Assembly (NCBI GenBank): GCA_965112155.1 | Contig: OZ218101.1 | DNA: 64,000 nucleotides | Origin: Podarcis liolepis | Taxonomy: Eukaryota | Direction: 5' to 3' (one strand) | In this document: positions 51,690 through 64,000 of the stretch, one piece after another | How the letters are laid out: the number at the start of each line of letters is the position of its first letter | Position numbering within the stretch: the first letter of the stretch is position 1 | Notes under the pieces: generated by a model | What the model saw: only the letters and a program-made list of their open reading frames with translations | Databases searched by the model: none | What the model was told of the DNA's origin: nothing | Translations under genes and position numbers: made by a program

Positions 51690-53180
51690 GCTGTTTCCTG
51701 GTTCTGCTGGATCTCACCAGCTTTTGATACCATCAACCATGGTATCCTCCTGGACCACCTAGGAGGGCTGAGAGTTGGGGGCACTGTTACGTAGTGGTTC
51801 TACTCCTTCCTCCTGGGTCATGTACAAAAAGTGGGCGATAAGGGAATCCCTGAGCACTCACTTGTGGGGTGCCTCAGGGCTCTGTCCTCTCCACCATGCT
51901 TTTTAACAGCTATATGAAGTTGCTGGGGGAGATCATTCGGCTGGTTGTTCACCAATATGCAGATGATACCCAGCTCTAGGTAAAGGTACCCCTGCCCGTA
52001 CGGGCCAGTCTTGCCAGACTCTAGGGTTGTGCGCTCATCTCACTCTATAGGCCGGGAGCCAGCTCTGTCCGCAGACACTTCCAGGTCACATGGCCAGCAT
52101 GACAAGCTGCAACTGGCGTGCCAGCGCAGCACATGGAACGCCGTTTACCTTCCCGCTGGTAAGCGGTCCCTCTTTATCTACTTGCACCTGGGGGTGCTTT
52201 CGAACTGCTAGGTTGGCAGGCGCTGGGACCGAACGACGGGAGCGCACCCCGCCGCGGGGATTCAAAACGCCGACCATGTGATCGACAAGTCCTAGGCACT
52301 GAGGTTTTACCCACAGCGCCACCCGCGTCTACACCCAGTTCTACATATTGCTTAAATCAAAACAAGTGAAGGTGGTGAATATCCTGTGTGAGTGTCTGGA
52401 GGCGGTTGGTGAGTGGGTGACAGTCTATGGATTGAAGTAGAATCCCAACAAGACGGAAGTACTATTTCTGGGGGCAAGGGGCAGGAAGGTGTGGTCCTGA
52501 ATGGGGTAACTACCTAAAGGACCAGGTGCATAGCCTGGGAGTCATTTTGGACTCACAGCTGTCCATGGAGGCACAGGTCAATTCTGTGTCCAGGGCAGCT
52601 GTCTACCAGCTCCATCTGGTATGTCAGCTGAGACCCTACCTGCCTGTGCCCTGTCTCACCAGTGTGGTACATGCTCTGGTTATCTCCTGCTTGGACTACT
52701 GCAATGTGCTCTTTGTGGGCTTTGCTACCTTTGAAGGTGACTCAGAAACTACAATTAATCCAGAATGCAGCTGCCAGGCTGGTGACTGGGACCGGCTGCC
52801 AGTACCATATAACACAGGTCCTGAAAGACCTATATTGGCTCTCAGTATGTTTCTGAGCACAAATTTAAACTATTGATGCTGACCTCTAAAGCCCTAAATG
52901 ACTTTGGCCATGTATACCTGAAAGATCGCCTCCACCCCCATCATTCATCTTGGACACTGAAATCCAGCTCTGAGGACTTTCTGGCCGTTTCCTCATTGCA
53001 AGAAATGAGGTTACAGGGAACCAGGCAAGCACCTTATCAGTTGTCACGCCCACCCTGTGGAACACCCTCCCGTCAGATGTCAAGGAATATACAACTATTT
53101 AACTTTTAGAAGAGAACTGAAGGTGGCCCTGTGTCAGGAAGCTTTTAATGTTTGATGTTTTAATTTGTTGGAAGCCACCC
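51690..53180 (+). mobile_element. L2 LINE RT and 3' end, degenerate, interrupted by a Sauria SINE
   Basis: [54 protein letters not shown]. Confidence 0.93.
51979..52330 (-). mobile_element. Sauria SINE (divergent subfamily) nested in L2
   Basis: GGTAAAGGTACCCCTG...CCACAGCGCCACCCGCG; TSD ACCCAG(C/T)TCTA (51968-51978 / 52333-52343) just after YADD. Confidence 0.92.
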
Positions 53181-53214
53181 TCCCTTGCTGCCTCTTAACA
53201 AACAACTGATTCAC

Positions 53215-53505
53215 AAGAATACCCCAAAAGCTTTTTGAAAGTCCAGGTACACCATATCAACCAGATGACCTTGACCAATATGCTTTTCGATACTCTCAAA
53301 GAATGGAAAAAGGTTTGTGATACAGGACTTGCCTTTGTAGAAGCCATGTTAGCTCTGCTCAACAAGGTTGTTCTTCTATGTTCTTGGCTGTTTTATCTTT
53401 AACAATACCCTCAACCAGTTTTCCAGGGACAAATGTTAAGCTAACCAGTCTGTACTTTCTAGGATCCCCTCAGCGGATCCTTTTTTAAAAAACGGTGTTG
53501 TATTT
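53215..53505 (-). mobile_element. Old CR1 RT fragment
   Basis: Minus HGFYKGKSCITNL..FFE and LDFQKAF motifs. Confidence 0.7.
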
Positions 53506-54714
53506 GCTGCTTTCTAGTCCTTAGGTATGGCACTTTTATCACATGGAAGCTGAGACTCTTGAGAAGATGGGGTTTCATACCAGGACTACACAGACTTGCC
53601 CCTGGTAATGGAATCACGTCGTCAGCCTTTAACAAAAGGATCATACATAATCCAAATGTGCTAATGTTATATATTACTCTTCTTCTGAGGCAGATATTCA
53701 CAATAAACTTTACTGAGGATGTAGCAGCATTCAGAAGGGCTCCAGTTACAAGATTTATATCTGATCTCATTTTAAAATGGCATTTGAAGAGAAAAGTAAA
53801 GGCATCAACATGATAATTAAACAGGAGGAACCTAGTGGAATGTGTTTAAAAGCAGAGAGCTTTTTATTTTTTTAAAAAAGCTGAAAGATCACAACAGTAA
53901 GTACTTTGGCTAGAAAAATGAAATTGCTACATCATATTTTCTACAAAACTTTATATAGGGGAGGTGCATTAGATGCATGTCTGCTAGTTTGCAAAGACAG
54001 CAAACGAAGAGACAGAAATAAGGGTGTGATTCCAAGTGCCAAAATTAATCTTATAATGACTTCCCATGCTTATATTGTACACACATCTGCCTCTGCACAC
54101 TGTCACACAGAGCATGGACAAGTCACTGACAAGACTGTACTTAACATAATCTCTCTATTTCCCAGATGCCCTTAATACTGTCCGCAGAGAAGTTATTTCA
54201 AAACCCAACTTGTCTGTTTGGAATAAATTAATATTAGCAAATGAAATGGAAGATCCCCTTTGTCATCACTTCAGCAAAATATACTTAAGAGTGACATTTA
54301 GAAAAAGGATAATAACACATGAAACCCCATTGCCCAGCAGTTCTGTCTTCAATCTGGTTGAGCATTTTATCTGTGATGCTAGGCTGGCAGTTCTTGCAAA
54401 CATGCTCAGAACCTCACTGATCAAAATTTAAAAGGAGACTCTGATGGTGATCATTGCACGACTTTTGTTTCCCCCATCCTGGCAGTATGAAGCACTTCCC
54501 CAAAATATAAGTTAAATTGAGTTAACGGAGCAAAGTTAACATATAAAACGGGGGTTGGGGGCCTGCTCTTCGCACAAAACAGCACATAGGGAAGGGAAAC
54601 CAATTCTTCTCTGCCTTATTTACATTATTTGTAATTATGGAGCTGGAAAGATTCAGAAACAAGCCAGCTAAATGCTAACGCAGCTGGTGCAGCTTCCCTG
54701 TAAGAAAAGGGTTC

Positions 54715-55170
54715 AGTGTATGGGACTTTTAAGGTTAGGAAAAGGGTGTGGAAGAGGGGACTTAACGGGGCGTATAAAACTATGTCTAATGTGGAGAAAG
54801 TGAATTCAGAGTTTTTATCCCATGATTAAAGTGAATGTAGGTAGAAAAAATCAGGGCAGATAAAAAGAAGTACATCTCCACACTGCACACATTGAAGCCA
54901 AGGAATTCACTTCTACAAGAGAAAGTAATGGGCACCAACAGATGGCTCTAGGAGGAGGTTAGACAAAGTCATGGACTACTAGCCGTGGTGATTGTTTGCT
55001 GTCTGCAACATCGGAGGTGGGATGTCTCTGAATGCCAGTTGCTGGAGAGCACAAGTAAGGAGGATGCTGTTGAACTTCTGTCCTGATTGCAGGCTTCCCA
55101 TAGGCTGGCCCCAGCAAAAACAGGAAGCTTTTCTAGACAGGAATTTGGCCTGATACAGTGAGGCTCTTCT
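54715..55170 (+). mobile_element. Old CR1/L3 3' fragment
   Basis: Degenerate LEKRxxRGDL..YK and DKKKYxxTL..WNSL motifs followed by a long 3' UTR. Confidence 0.6.
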
Positions 55171-56176
55171 AATGATTTACTGACTAAATTTGTAGTTCTG
55201 TACCCAGTTATCTGAACGTTGCAGCAAAAAGAAAAAAGCAGATAGGTCAGGCTGTTGGTTGAGGATGTACCCACATCCCATCACATCAGAATTAAAGTTC
55301 TGATGTGGAAGGCAGGCATAAAGAATGATGGCAACACAAAAACTGGTTAAGGACTAGATCCTTTGACATGATGGTCTAGCACTGTGGCCTAATAGACGGG
55401 TTAAGTCAACTATTATACCTTGAGGTGTTAATTTTACAGGATCCTACAAGATTTTTGTTCCTTCAGCTCTACTACCCTTAGCAAAATGAAATTCTTAACA
55501 ACATTTTTTTTGTCTTAATCCATCAGTCTTTAACATTTTAGACCCTGTCTTAAAATTTAAACTGCACGTTCCCTGGAGCAGAGAGTAGAGACCTGTCTTT
55601 TGTGCAGGCTACACTGTAAAGTGGCATGTAGACTGATGGTATTATTTAAAACCAGCAACTAAAACTACAACAGAAGTACCTTGAAGAGGTCTGCATTTTC
55701 TGGGAGATGACAATTGCCTAGGTCTGGTGAACAGTGGCTGGTTATTCTTTATCTGAAATGCTGCTGGTCCCACATTCAGGACTAGCTAGGCAGGCACAGC
55801 TGCCTAGTATCAACGTGTGGGTGTGACAGTGGCATCAGGAGGGATTGTGAGGCACTGGGGAACAATTTGGGACAAGCCACGCCTGTACAAAAGGTATGGG
55901 TTCCACTTGAACCAGAATGGAACCAGACTATTTGTGCTTAAAATGAAAAAGCTGGCAGAGCAGCTTTTAAACTGATTGTTTGGGTGAAAGCTGACAGGGG
56001 CTGTGGAGGGACTGATTGGAACAAATCTCCCCCCTGGGATGAAGCTGAAGGTGAAATAAAGTATGATTTGAATGTGGGAAAATTATAAGCATTATGAGTG
56101 CAGAGGCAATTCAGACAGAACAATGCACTGCAGGCCAAAATGCAAGTGCCAAAGTCAAGTAGAGAGCAACACAGTA

Positions 56177-56405
56177 CAGTGGTACCTCGGGTTACCGACG
56201 CTTCAGGTTACAGACTCCGCTAACCCAGAAATAGTACCTTGGGTTAAGAACTTTACTTCAGGATGAGAACAGAAATCGCGCAGCGGCATCACGGCAGCAG
56301 CAGCGGGGGGCCCCATTAGCTAAAGTGGTGCTTCAGGTTAAGAATAGTTTTAGGTTAAGAATGGACCTCTGGAATGAATTAAGTACTTAACCCGAGGTAC
56401 CACTG
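56177..56405. mobile_element. MITE family A
   Basis: TA|CAGTGGTACCTCGGGTTA...TAACCCGAGGTACCACTG|TA. Confidence 0.93.
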
Positions 56406-56407
56406 TA

Positions 56408-57880
56408 TTGGAAACCTGGTGGAATGGAAAGAACTGGTGCAACACAGTTGTATCTGAATACAAACTCTATAGGAAGGACAGGGAAGGATGTGGTGGAGGT
56501 GGATGTGCTCTGTACATGAAAAGAGAGCATGGAATAGGATAAGCTAGAAATCCCAAAGGAGTCAGGTTCCTCCACAGAATTGTTGTGGGTCGTGATACCT
56601 GGCTCCAAAAATAATCTATTACTGAGGTGATGCTATTGTCCCTCTGATCAGACTGTTTAGGACATCTAGAGATGGACTGTTTAGGACATCTAGTGATGCA
56701 TCACAAAGAGGAAAAGTTGTAGTGATCAGTGGCTTCAACTATCCTCACATAGACTGGCTACATTTGTGTTGCTGACACAATAAATAGGTAAACTTTCTGG
56801 CCACCCTAAAATGACTCTGCCCTCGGACAGTGGGTCATGAGCAGTGGTGACCTGGATTTAATTTTAAGTGACACCTATGACCTGGTGTGCAATGCGGGTA
56901 TTGTTAAACCACTTGGGAACAATGACCATAGACATATCAAAGTGTGTGTAACCAGCCACTTGCGAAGAAAACCCAACACAGTCATTCTGACTTCAAAAGA
57001 GAAAACAAAAGCAAAGTGAAAGGCTAAGTCAAGAGAGTCAAATCATTTCAAAATGCTTGGGAGTTGATTAAAACCACAATATTAAAAGCTCAGCTGGAAT
57101 GTTTGCTGCGCATCAGGAAAAGTACCACCAGAGCCAAGAGGATGCCAGCAGGGCCACCTAACAGATTCAAAGACGCTATTAGAGGCAAGGAGGCGCCTTT
57201 TGGGAAATGGGAGTCTGGTCCACACAAGGAGAGCAAAAAGGAACAGAAGCTTGGGCAAAAGAAATGCAAGCAGACAACAAGGGGTGGTAAAAAAGGACTC
57301 AAAGAGCACATTGCTAAAAACATAAAGCTCATCAACAACATGAATTTCAAACACATTAATAACAGGAGACTGGCTAGGGAGGCAGTTGGACCCTCGGATG
57401 ACAAGGGTGTCAAATGTGCTCTACAGAAAGATAAGGAGATTGCAGAGAAGCTGAATCTTTCTTCACAGCCGGAGATACAGGGCAGATATATAGTGCTACC
57501 TCAGGTTAAGAACTTAATTCATTCTGGAGGTCTGTTCTTAACCTGAAACTGTTCTTAACCTGAAGCACCACTTTAGCTAATGGGGCCTCCTGCTGCTGCC
57601 ACGCCACCAGAGCACGATTTCTATTCTCATCCTGAAGCAAAGTTCTTAACCCAAGGTACTATTTCTGGGTTAGTGGAGTCTGTAACCTGAAGCGTCTGTA
57701 ACCCGAGGTACCACTGTATATGCAGGCTGAGGAACTGAGGCAAAGAGTGATGGCACAAAAAGAAGTTCTAGGCTTTAAGAACAAATTGCCAGCTCTGGGT
57801 GATGCCTCCCGGAAAGTTCTTTGAGAATTCAAATGTGAACTTGTTGGCCTCCCAACAAGAGACCAGCAAGTGTCCCTGAC
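56408..57880 (+). mobile_element. CR1 ORF2 endonuclease/linker region, degenerate
   Basis: ETWWN..YKLYRKDREGCGGGGCALY, GFNYPHIDW, LDLILS, LGNNDH, DKEIAEKLN; interrupted by MITE 57491-57716. Confidence 0.85.
57491..57716. mobile_element. MITE family A
   Basis: TA|TAGTGCTACCTCAGGTTA...GAGGTACCACTG|TA; near-identical to 42610-42851. Confidence 0.92.
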
Positions 57881-59239
57881 TCCCTGGGGAACTAGGCAGC
57901 CACCAGGTGTGCCCTGAAGTTAGCGTTCATTCTGGGGGTCAGAGTGCTCCCAAAGCCCACACTCTTCTGCTGAGCTACACCTTGGATTCTCTCTGTCTGA
58001 GAAAGTGTTATGAGGATAAACGCACATGAAGCAATTTCCCATCAAACCCTAAAGGGAGAACATCACATGCACGGCAAGTTGGAACACGTGTATTCTCTGA
58101 GGTATGCCCACAGTATACAGTACTTGGCTGCTGTCTCCTTATCTCTGGGTCACCATGAGAACAATGAAACACATTCTTTTCCTTGCACCATTTCACTTAC
58201 TGAGACATATATAAATCCCTATAATAGCGGTGAAGGTCATCGTCAAGTATCAGAGACTCACACATTTTTTAGATTTGCCGGAGGGATATTAAACTTCCAA
58301 AGAATATTAAACATCCAAACAATTATCCTTATTAAATGCAAACTGTATCTTTAGAACAAAAGAAATTACAAGCCTCCAAATCAGCACTCTGGCATAAATC
58401 TGTAGCAGCATTTGATTCTTTAAGGAGAATCTTAACTTTATCAACTACACTAAGGGAAAGGCAGTTTCCATTATGCCTTTCTTAGAGCTGCAAAGGCTGG
58501 AGGAGGGCAAGCATTGTAGTTTTAGGTGATGTAACTTATCCAGATACATTTTTTTTAAAGTATTTTGTGCCAGATATCAAGGAAGACTCATGATGAAAGG
58601 GATTGCAATGGTAATCCATACCACACCGGCCTACGCAAACAACCCGACTTGCTGAGTAATGCGAATGCACATGTATAAAATCCTTTCCACATAGGTCCCA
58701 CAATCAGAACACTTATTATCTGAAATTTTGGTTATCCGGACACAAAGGAATTATACCCAAACCTCATAACATGAAAGACAGATTCTTATATCCAAACAGC
58801 CAGAGTTTGCCCACTTCCTTATTTGTTTGTGTTTTGCTGCTTGGTGGCAGACATTTTGGGCAGAAGTCATGGAAGGCGGGAGAGATCAGGCAAATCATGA
58901 ATTAGAAAGGTTCCTATAGGGAATAATGGAAATGCTTGCCTATTGAACAATTTCCTGGGAATGCGTTTTGTTCAGAAAGCAAGACCTGCATGTGTACTTT
59001 GTTGTTCATTGGTCCCAGAGAATAGTGATACCTTTTCACACACATATTACTTTATTTTATTTTATTTTATTAACATTTCTATCTCACCTTTCCTTCAAAG
59101 TGGCAAACACGGATCTCCATCCTTTCCATTTTGCCCTTATAACAGCCCTGTGACAGAGGTTAGGCTGTGAGGTACCAACTGGCCCAAGGTCACTGTGAAC
59201 TCCATAGCTGAGTGGGGATTTGAACTCTGCTTCCTCTGG

Positions 59240-60870
59240 TCTTCCTCGATGTTATAAGGGAATTCTGAAAGCAAATGTTCCTTAAGAGTCGTTTGGAAGC
59301 AATCCCGCTTAATGGGATATTGAAGGGCTTGAGTGTTCATTTTGCGCCTTGGTTTCCTTCCGTGAAGCCTGTTGAGGTATAATCTTTATCATATTATTCA
59401 TATTAGTATTATTAGTCATATTAGTCATATTAGTATTAGTCAGTGATCTGTCCAGCAGTCGTCGGCACTCATCATAGCTCTGGTAAGGAGCACATCTTTA
59501 GCACGGCAATCTTTAGCACGGAAAATAACATAGTCTAAGAGGTGCCAGTGGTTTGACTGAGGATGCCTCCATGAAGTTTTAAATTTATTTTTCTGTCGAA
59601 AGAGTGTGTTGGTAATAACAAGGTTGTGCGCTGCACACATTGTCAAACTAAGATTCCGTTCTGGTTGCTGTTGCCAATTCCTTCTTTCCCAGTAGTCCCA
59701 GGCCACAGATCGAAATCCCGCCCAACTCTTGCTTTTAAATCGCCCAGGAGGATAATTTTATCTTCCTTAGGTGTCTCTGATAGGACAGTATCCAGTAAAA
59801 AATTTCTTTAGCGTCATCATCGGCAACCAGTGTTGGTGCATAAGTGCTTATAATAGTAGCCTGTTAGTTTTGGGGAAGTTTTATTTGAAGGGTTGAGAGA
59901 CGCTCATTAATGCCGGTAGGGACTTCTGACGGGAGCGTCACAAGATGGTTTTTGATAGCGAAGCCTACACCATGTATTTGATGTTCTTGTTGAGATAGAC
60001 CTTTCCATGAAGAATGTGTAGCCTCCTTTTTCTTCCTTCAGTTGTCCCTCGCCTGCTCTTTGAGTCTCTTGAAGTGCTGCAATATCGATGTTAAAACGTC
60101 GCAGCTCTCTTGCAATGATGGCAGTTCAGCTTTCAGGACGCTCGCTGTCTGTGTTATCTGACAACGTCCGTATATTCCATGTTCCAAAGTTCAACTGTCT
60201 TTTACGACTGCGAGGTGGTGACCCCACTAGCTGCCGTAATCCAGTCAGGGGGAAAGGGAAGCAGACTATGTTTAGGGCACCTTTTCTAGCCCCTCCCCCT
60301 TTTCGGGATGAGCAGAGTGGGTCCTAAAAAGGGCTTCTCAGTCATGGATACAGCTGCCGAGCTGCTCAACTGCCTCATTGCTTGAGTCAGAATGACTGAA
60401 TCTGTATCCACCGCCCATGTGCCAGTTCATGGCTAGGGACTTTCAGATTTCATGATTCTGCCCCCGTTAACATTTGCCGATCACCATAGAATTTTTGGGG
60501 CTTGGGTTTGGGAAGGGTTTTGGAAGATGCCCGTGTGTGAATTTGTTTTATGTGTGTAGATCAGTGCACGCTGACCAATGCACAGTCTTCACAGTAAGGC
60601 TCTGTTCTGATGGCATGAGTAGTCATGACAAACCGGTAGATTTCTATATGCTGCAGCCTTCATCCGCCTTCACAGCTGTTGTAACATACCACTTGTTATC
60701 TTCCTCCTGTTCTGCCATTGAGGACTTCTTGGATCATTCTTTGTCTAGCTCCTTCCCTTTGACCTTACTGCCTTGGGTGACCCTGCTGGGAGTATGAGAT
60801 TCCTAATGGCTTCACTCACAAGGGTCACAGGAATGTGCAAGCCCACTCACCACGACAAGGTGATGATCCA
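59240..60870 (-). mobile_element. RTE-clade LINE (non-BovB): 5' UTR plus AP endonuclease, 3'-truncated
   Basis: Minus peptides LNFGTWNIRTLSDN, RFNIDIAALQET, ISTYAPTL, ILLGDF, NLVITNTLFRQ..HWHLLDY, DDCWTDH; 5' motif GGATCATCACCTTGTCGTGGTG. Confidence 0.9.
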
Positions 60871-61918
60871 GTGAGTGAGTCTCATAGTCAGACGTGCAGT
60901 GATCGTCTTTTTATCACCTCTACCCCTTCCCCATTCATCAGCAACTTCAATCATTCACCAAGGAACAGTGTCAGAGAGATCACCTGTTCAACAGCTTCAC
61001 AATCAGATTAGGAGATATATCCAAGCAAAGAAAATATGAAATAAACAAATAAACCTGTAATGGCAACAACAACAAAAATACAGAGAACATGGCAAACTGT
61101 TCATGCATCAATTTTGAAATTAAAAATTTAAAAATTCTCCAGGTTTGACTGGAAGGGTGGGTGGAGTGGAACACAAGGCAAAACTAATCCATGGAACAAC
61201 AACAGAATTTAACAGAACCACCACTCCCTCCTGGCTTCAGTGATGCCCATGGAATAATATTTTCTTTTTTAATCTAAGGACAATTTGTACTATTTGGATA
61301 TTTAAAGGCCATCACATTAGGAAAGATTACATGTGTTTGTCAATCTAGAGATAAAAATATATTTATTGATTAGTTTAATTAACACTTTTTTAGATGTGCA
61401 ATGTCCTGAGCAATGGCTCACTTTTAACGTAGAAGCCCAAAGGCCAAATCAAAGTGGGAAGGGGGCTTCAGAGGTTTTCTGGCCTTGTCCAAGGTGTACA
61501 AGGTGCCCCAGGTTGAAGCAGGATCTCCCTCAAAGCACTTCATGGTTCCTTGGCGTCTCAGACAGCAAAAAACATTGCAGATGAGTATCTGTGAAAAGCA
61601 AGATGAGTGTCTCTAGGCTGACAATATAAAGAAAATGCCAGAGTGGTGGCAAGAGAGGGCAAAGGTCAGGGTGGGGGACAGGAGCCAAGAGAGCCTCATT
61701 GGGGCAGGCAGGTCAAGACTGTAATGATTTACCCCAACCTTAAAAAATCCCAGTGCTAAGGGAGGGGAATTGACAGATATCAAATAGTGTTTTTATCTCG
61801 TGCTTCTTGCTCTTTGTCTTTGAAGGGCAGCAGTGTTAAAAAGTTCTGCTGGAGGCTTTTGCTGGACACATCATTTCAGCCTAGTTCCTTACTCATGTCT
61901 CCCTTTTCTTCCAAATTA

Positions 61919-62273
61919 AAGGTAAAGGGTAAAGGGACCCCTGACCATTAGGTCCAGTCGTGGCCGACTCTGGGGTTGTGGTGCTCATCTCGCTTTATTG
62001 GCTGAGGAAGCTGGCATACAGCTTCCATGTCATGTGGCCAGCATGACTAAGCTGCTTCTGGCGAACCAGAGCAGCGCACGGAAACGCCGTTTACCTTCCC
62101 GCCGGAGCGGTACCTATTTATCTACTTGCACTTCGTGCTTTTAAACTGCTAGGTTGGCAAGGAGCAGGGACCAAGCAACGGGAGCTCACCCCGTCGTGGG
62201 GATTCGAACCGCTGACCTTCTGATCGGCAAGCCGTAGGCTCTGTGGTTTAACCCACAGCGCCACCCACGTCCC
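61919..62273 (-). mobile_element. Sauria SINE, full length
   Basis: Near-identical to 16442-16798; 14-bp TSD TTTCTTCCAAATTA (61905-61918 / 62274-62287). Confidence 0.96.
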
Positions 62274-62600
62274 TTTCTTCCAAATTACTACAGCTCTTTT
62301 TCATTTGTTCATTGGGTTTAATTCTGCTTTATTTTTTCTGTTTTGCTTGGGTCTGTCTAAGGGAGCCATCCTCTACACAAGAAGTTGGCATGAAAAAAGC
62401 TTAGCGTAAATTAAACAGGCATAACATTTTACCAGATCCAAGCTGTTCAGCAGCTGGGCTACCGCTGCCTCAGCCCGCCCAGGCCTAGCAGAGCGAAAGT
62501 GAGCCTTTAGGGAATTACACCACCTTTTGGGTTGTCTGAACTTACACTGAATTGTCAAGTCAGATGACCAAGCTGAAGAGGCACAAGATCCATCCTAAGT

Positions 62601-62723
62601 TAAGGTTACCAGATTTTTTTCAATGAATCTGGGGACACTTTTCAACTTCAATGGATTTTGTATGGGGACTGATTTGTAAATCTGGGAACTGTCTCTGGAA
62701 AACGGGGACGTCTGGTAACCTTA
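62601..62723. mobile_element. Short hAT-type MITE
   Basis: TIRs TAAGGTTACCAGA / TCTGGTAACCTTA; 8-bp TSD TCCTAAGT / TCCTAAAT. Confidence 0.85.
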
Positions 62724-64000
62724 TCCTAAATGCCCCTGACATCCTGCTATGTCATGCCACCAGAATGCCATTTTTCAGGGCTTACACTGGCTTAAGATCT
62801 GTCAGGCTTGTTAGTCCACTGGGATGGAAGGGAAGAGAAACACTGGCATATCTCTGGAAGAGCTGAGCCTGAGGGAGTTAAGCTGGTTTCCTCTGGATGT
62901 GCCAAGAACCTTCTGGCTCAGCCAGAGATCCACTGGATCCTAACCATCCTCACACAGTGGATCATGATATTGGATTGTTCCCTAAGTGTAGCTTATTTGT
63001 TCTTATTAGAGCCAGTGAATAGAATAGCTTACAATTGTTCTTTAGAATAGTTCTGAGTTTGTAGTCTGCCCCAGTGAAAATAGGAGCACAGCAGAGGCAA
63101 AGATTTGAGCCCCACATCCTGCTAGAGCCCCGTTTCTAGTTGGGGGCTTTGCACCTAGACATTGCTAATTGCATCACAACTATGGTAGTTTGGCCCTCTG
63201 TGATTCATGCTGTTCAGAAGTGACTCAAAACTGACATCCAAATTATGTGGCAACTTATTGGTTAGCCATTGAGTATTGAAACTTTGAAGCCCTCTTCACT
63301 TTGAAAATCTTGACAACACTGCCTGAAATCGTTACGACAACTGAATGACTATACATTAATGGGATTACATTTTTTTTATGTTTCCAGTGGCAACATTTTA
63401 ATCAAGTAAATCACTTCTTGTATAGAAAGTGGATGCAAGGTTACTTAGAAGTTCTAATAGACTTTGCTAATCTTCATAATTGCTTAAGAACTTGGACAAT
63501 TAAATACCTCAGAATATTAGTATCCTGAGGCTGTGTACAGACAATAGTTTTTCATAGATTTGAAGGAGATATAATGCAGCAATCATTGCTCATGGTATGC
63601 ATTTATTTTACCCATCCTTTGCCAGCGTTTGTCAAACTGGCTTTCTACATATTTTTATAGCGCGCCAAAATTCTGCAAAACCTCTTCAATAGCAAACATC
63701 TGATAATAGAGGCGAGGTAACACTATTAAAATGTTTCATTGAACATGTGGGATGGGAAGTCAGATCACTTGTGTTGTTCCCAATCCCAGACACAAGAATG
63801 TTCAACTTAACATGGGCATAGTTTATATGTGTATACATGCACATGACTGGGATCTTTGCTTTTCCAAGCAAAGATAAAGAACTTGTTCCATTGTGCGAAT
63901 CAATGCATGTAAACGGAACAGATGGAGGTTGGAAATGGAGATGGCAAGTGTGTGATCCCACTCCCCCTACCCCCAGGACATCAAAGAGCAATTATTCCTC

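Overview
Vertebrate genomic DNA, almost certainly a squamate lizard (Sauria SINEs, BovB, squamate-type CR1/L2/Penelope repeats; the SINE subtype is compatible with a lacertid). It is a repeat-rich intronic/intergenic window with one 177-N gap. No recognisable intact host protein-coding gene is present: all long ORFs are fragments of retrotransposons (BovB, L1/Tx1-like, CR1, L2, RTE, Penelope). Many short DNA-transposon MITEs (Tc1/mariner-pogo, hAT, Harbinger-like) are present. Signals the repeats do not explain: (1) a frameshifted relic at ~1.9-2.8 kb with the cysteine spacing of a foamy-Env/paramyxo-F-type viral fusogen; (2) a run of minus-strand exon candidates, including a 10-nt micro-exon and a signal-peptide-like exon, for an unidentified spliced transcript; (3) three Penelope hammerhead ribozyme motifs of two types; (4) a pseudoknot-like, HDV-topology RNA at the intact 5' end of an RTE element. 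All family calls are from manual pattern recognition; no searches were run.
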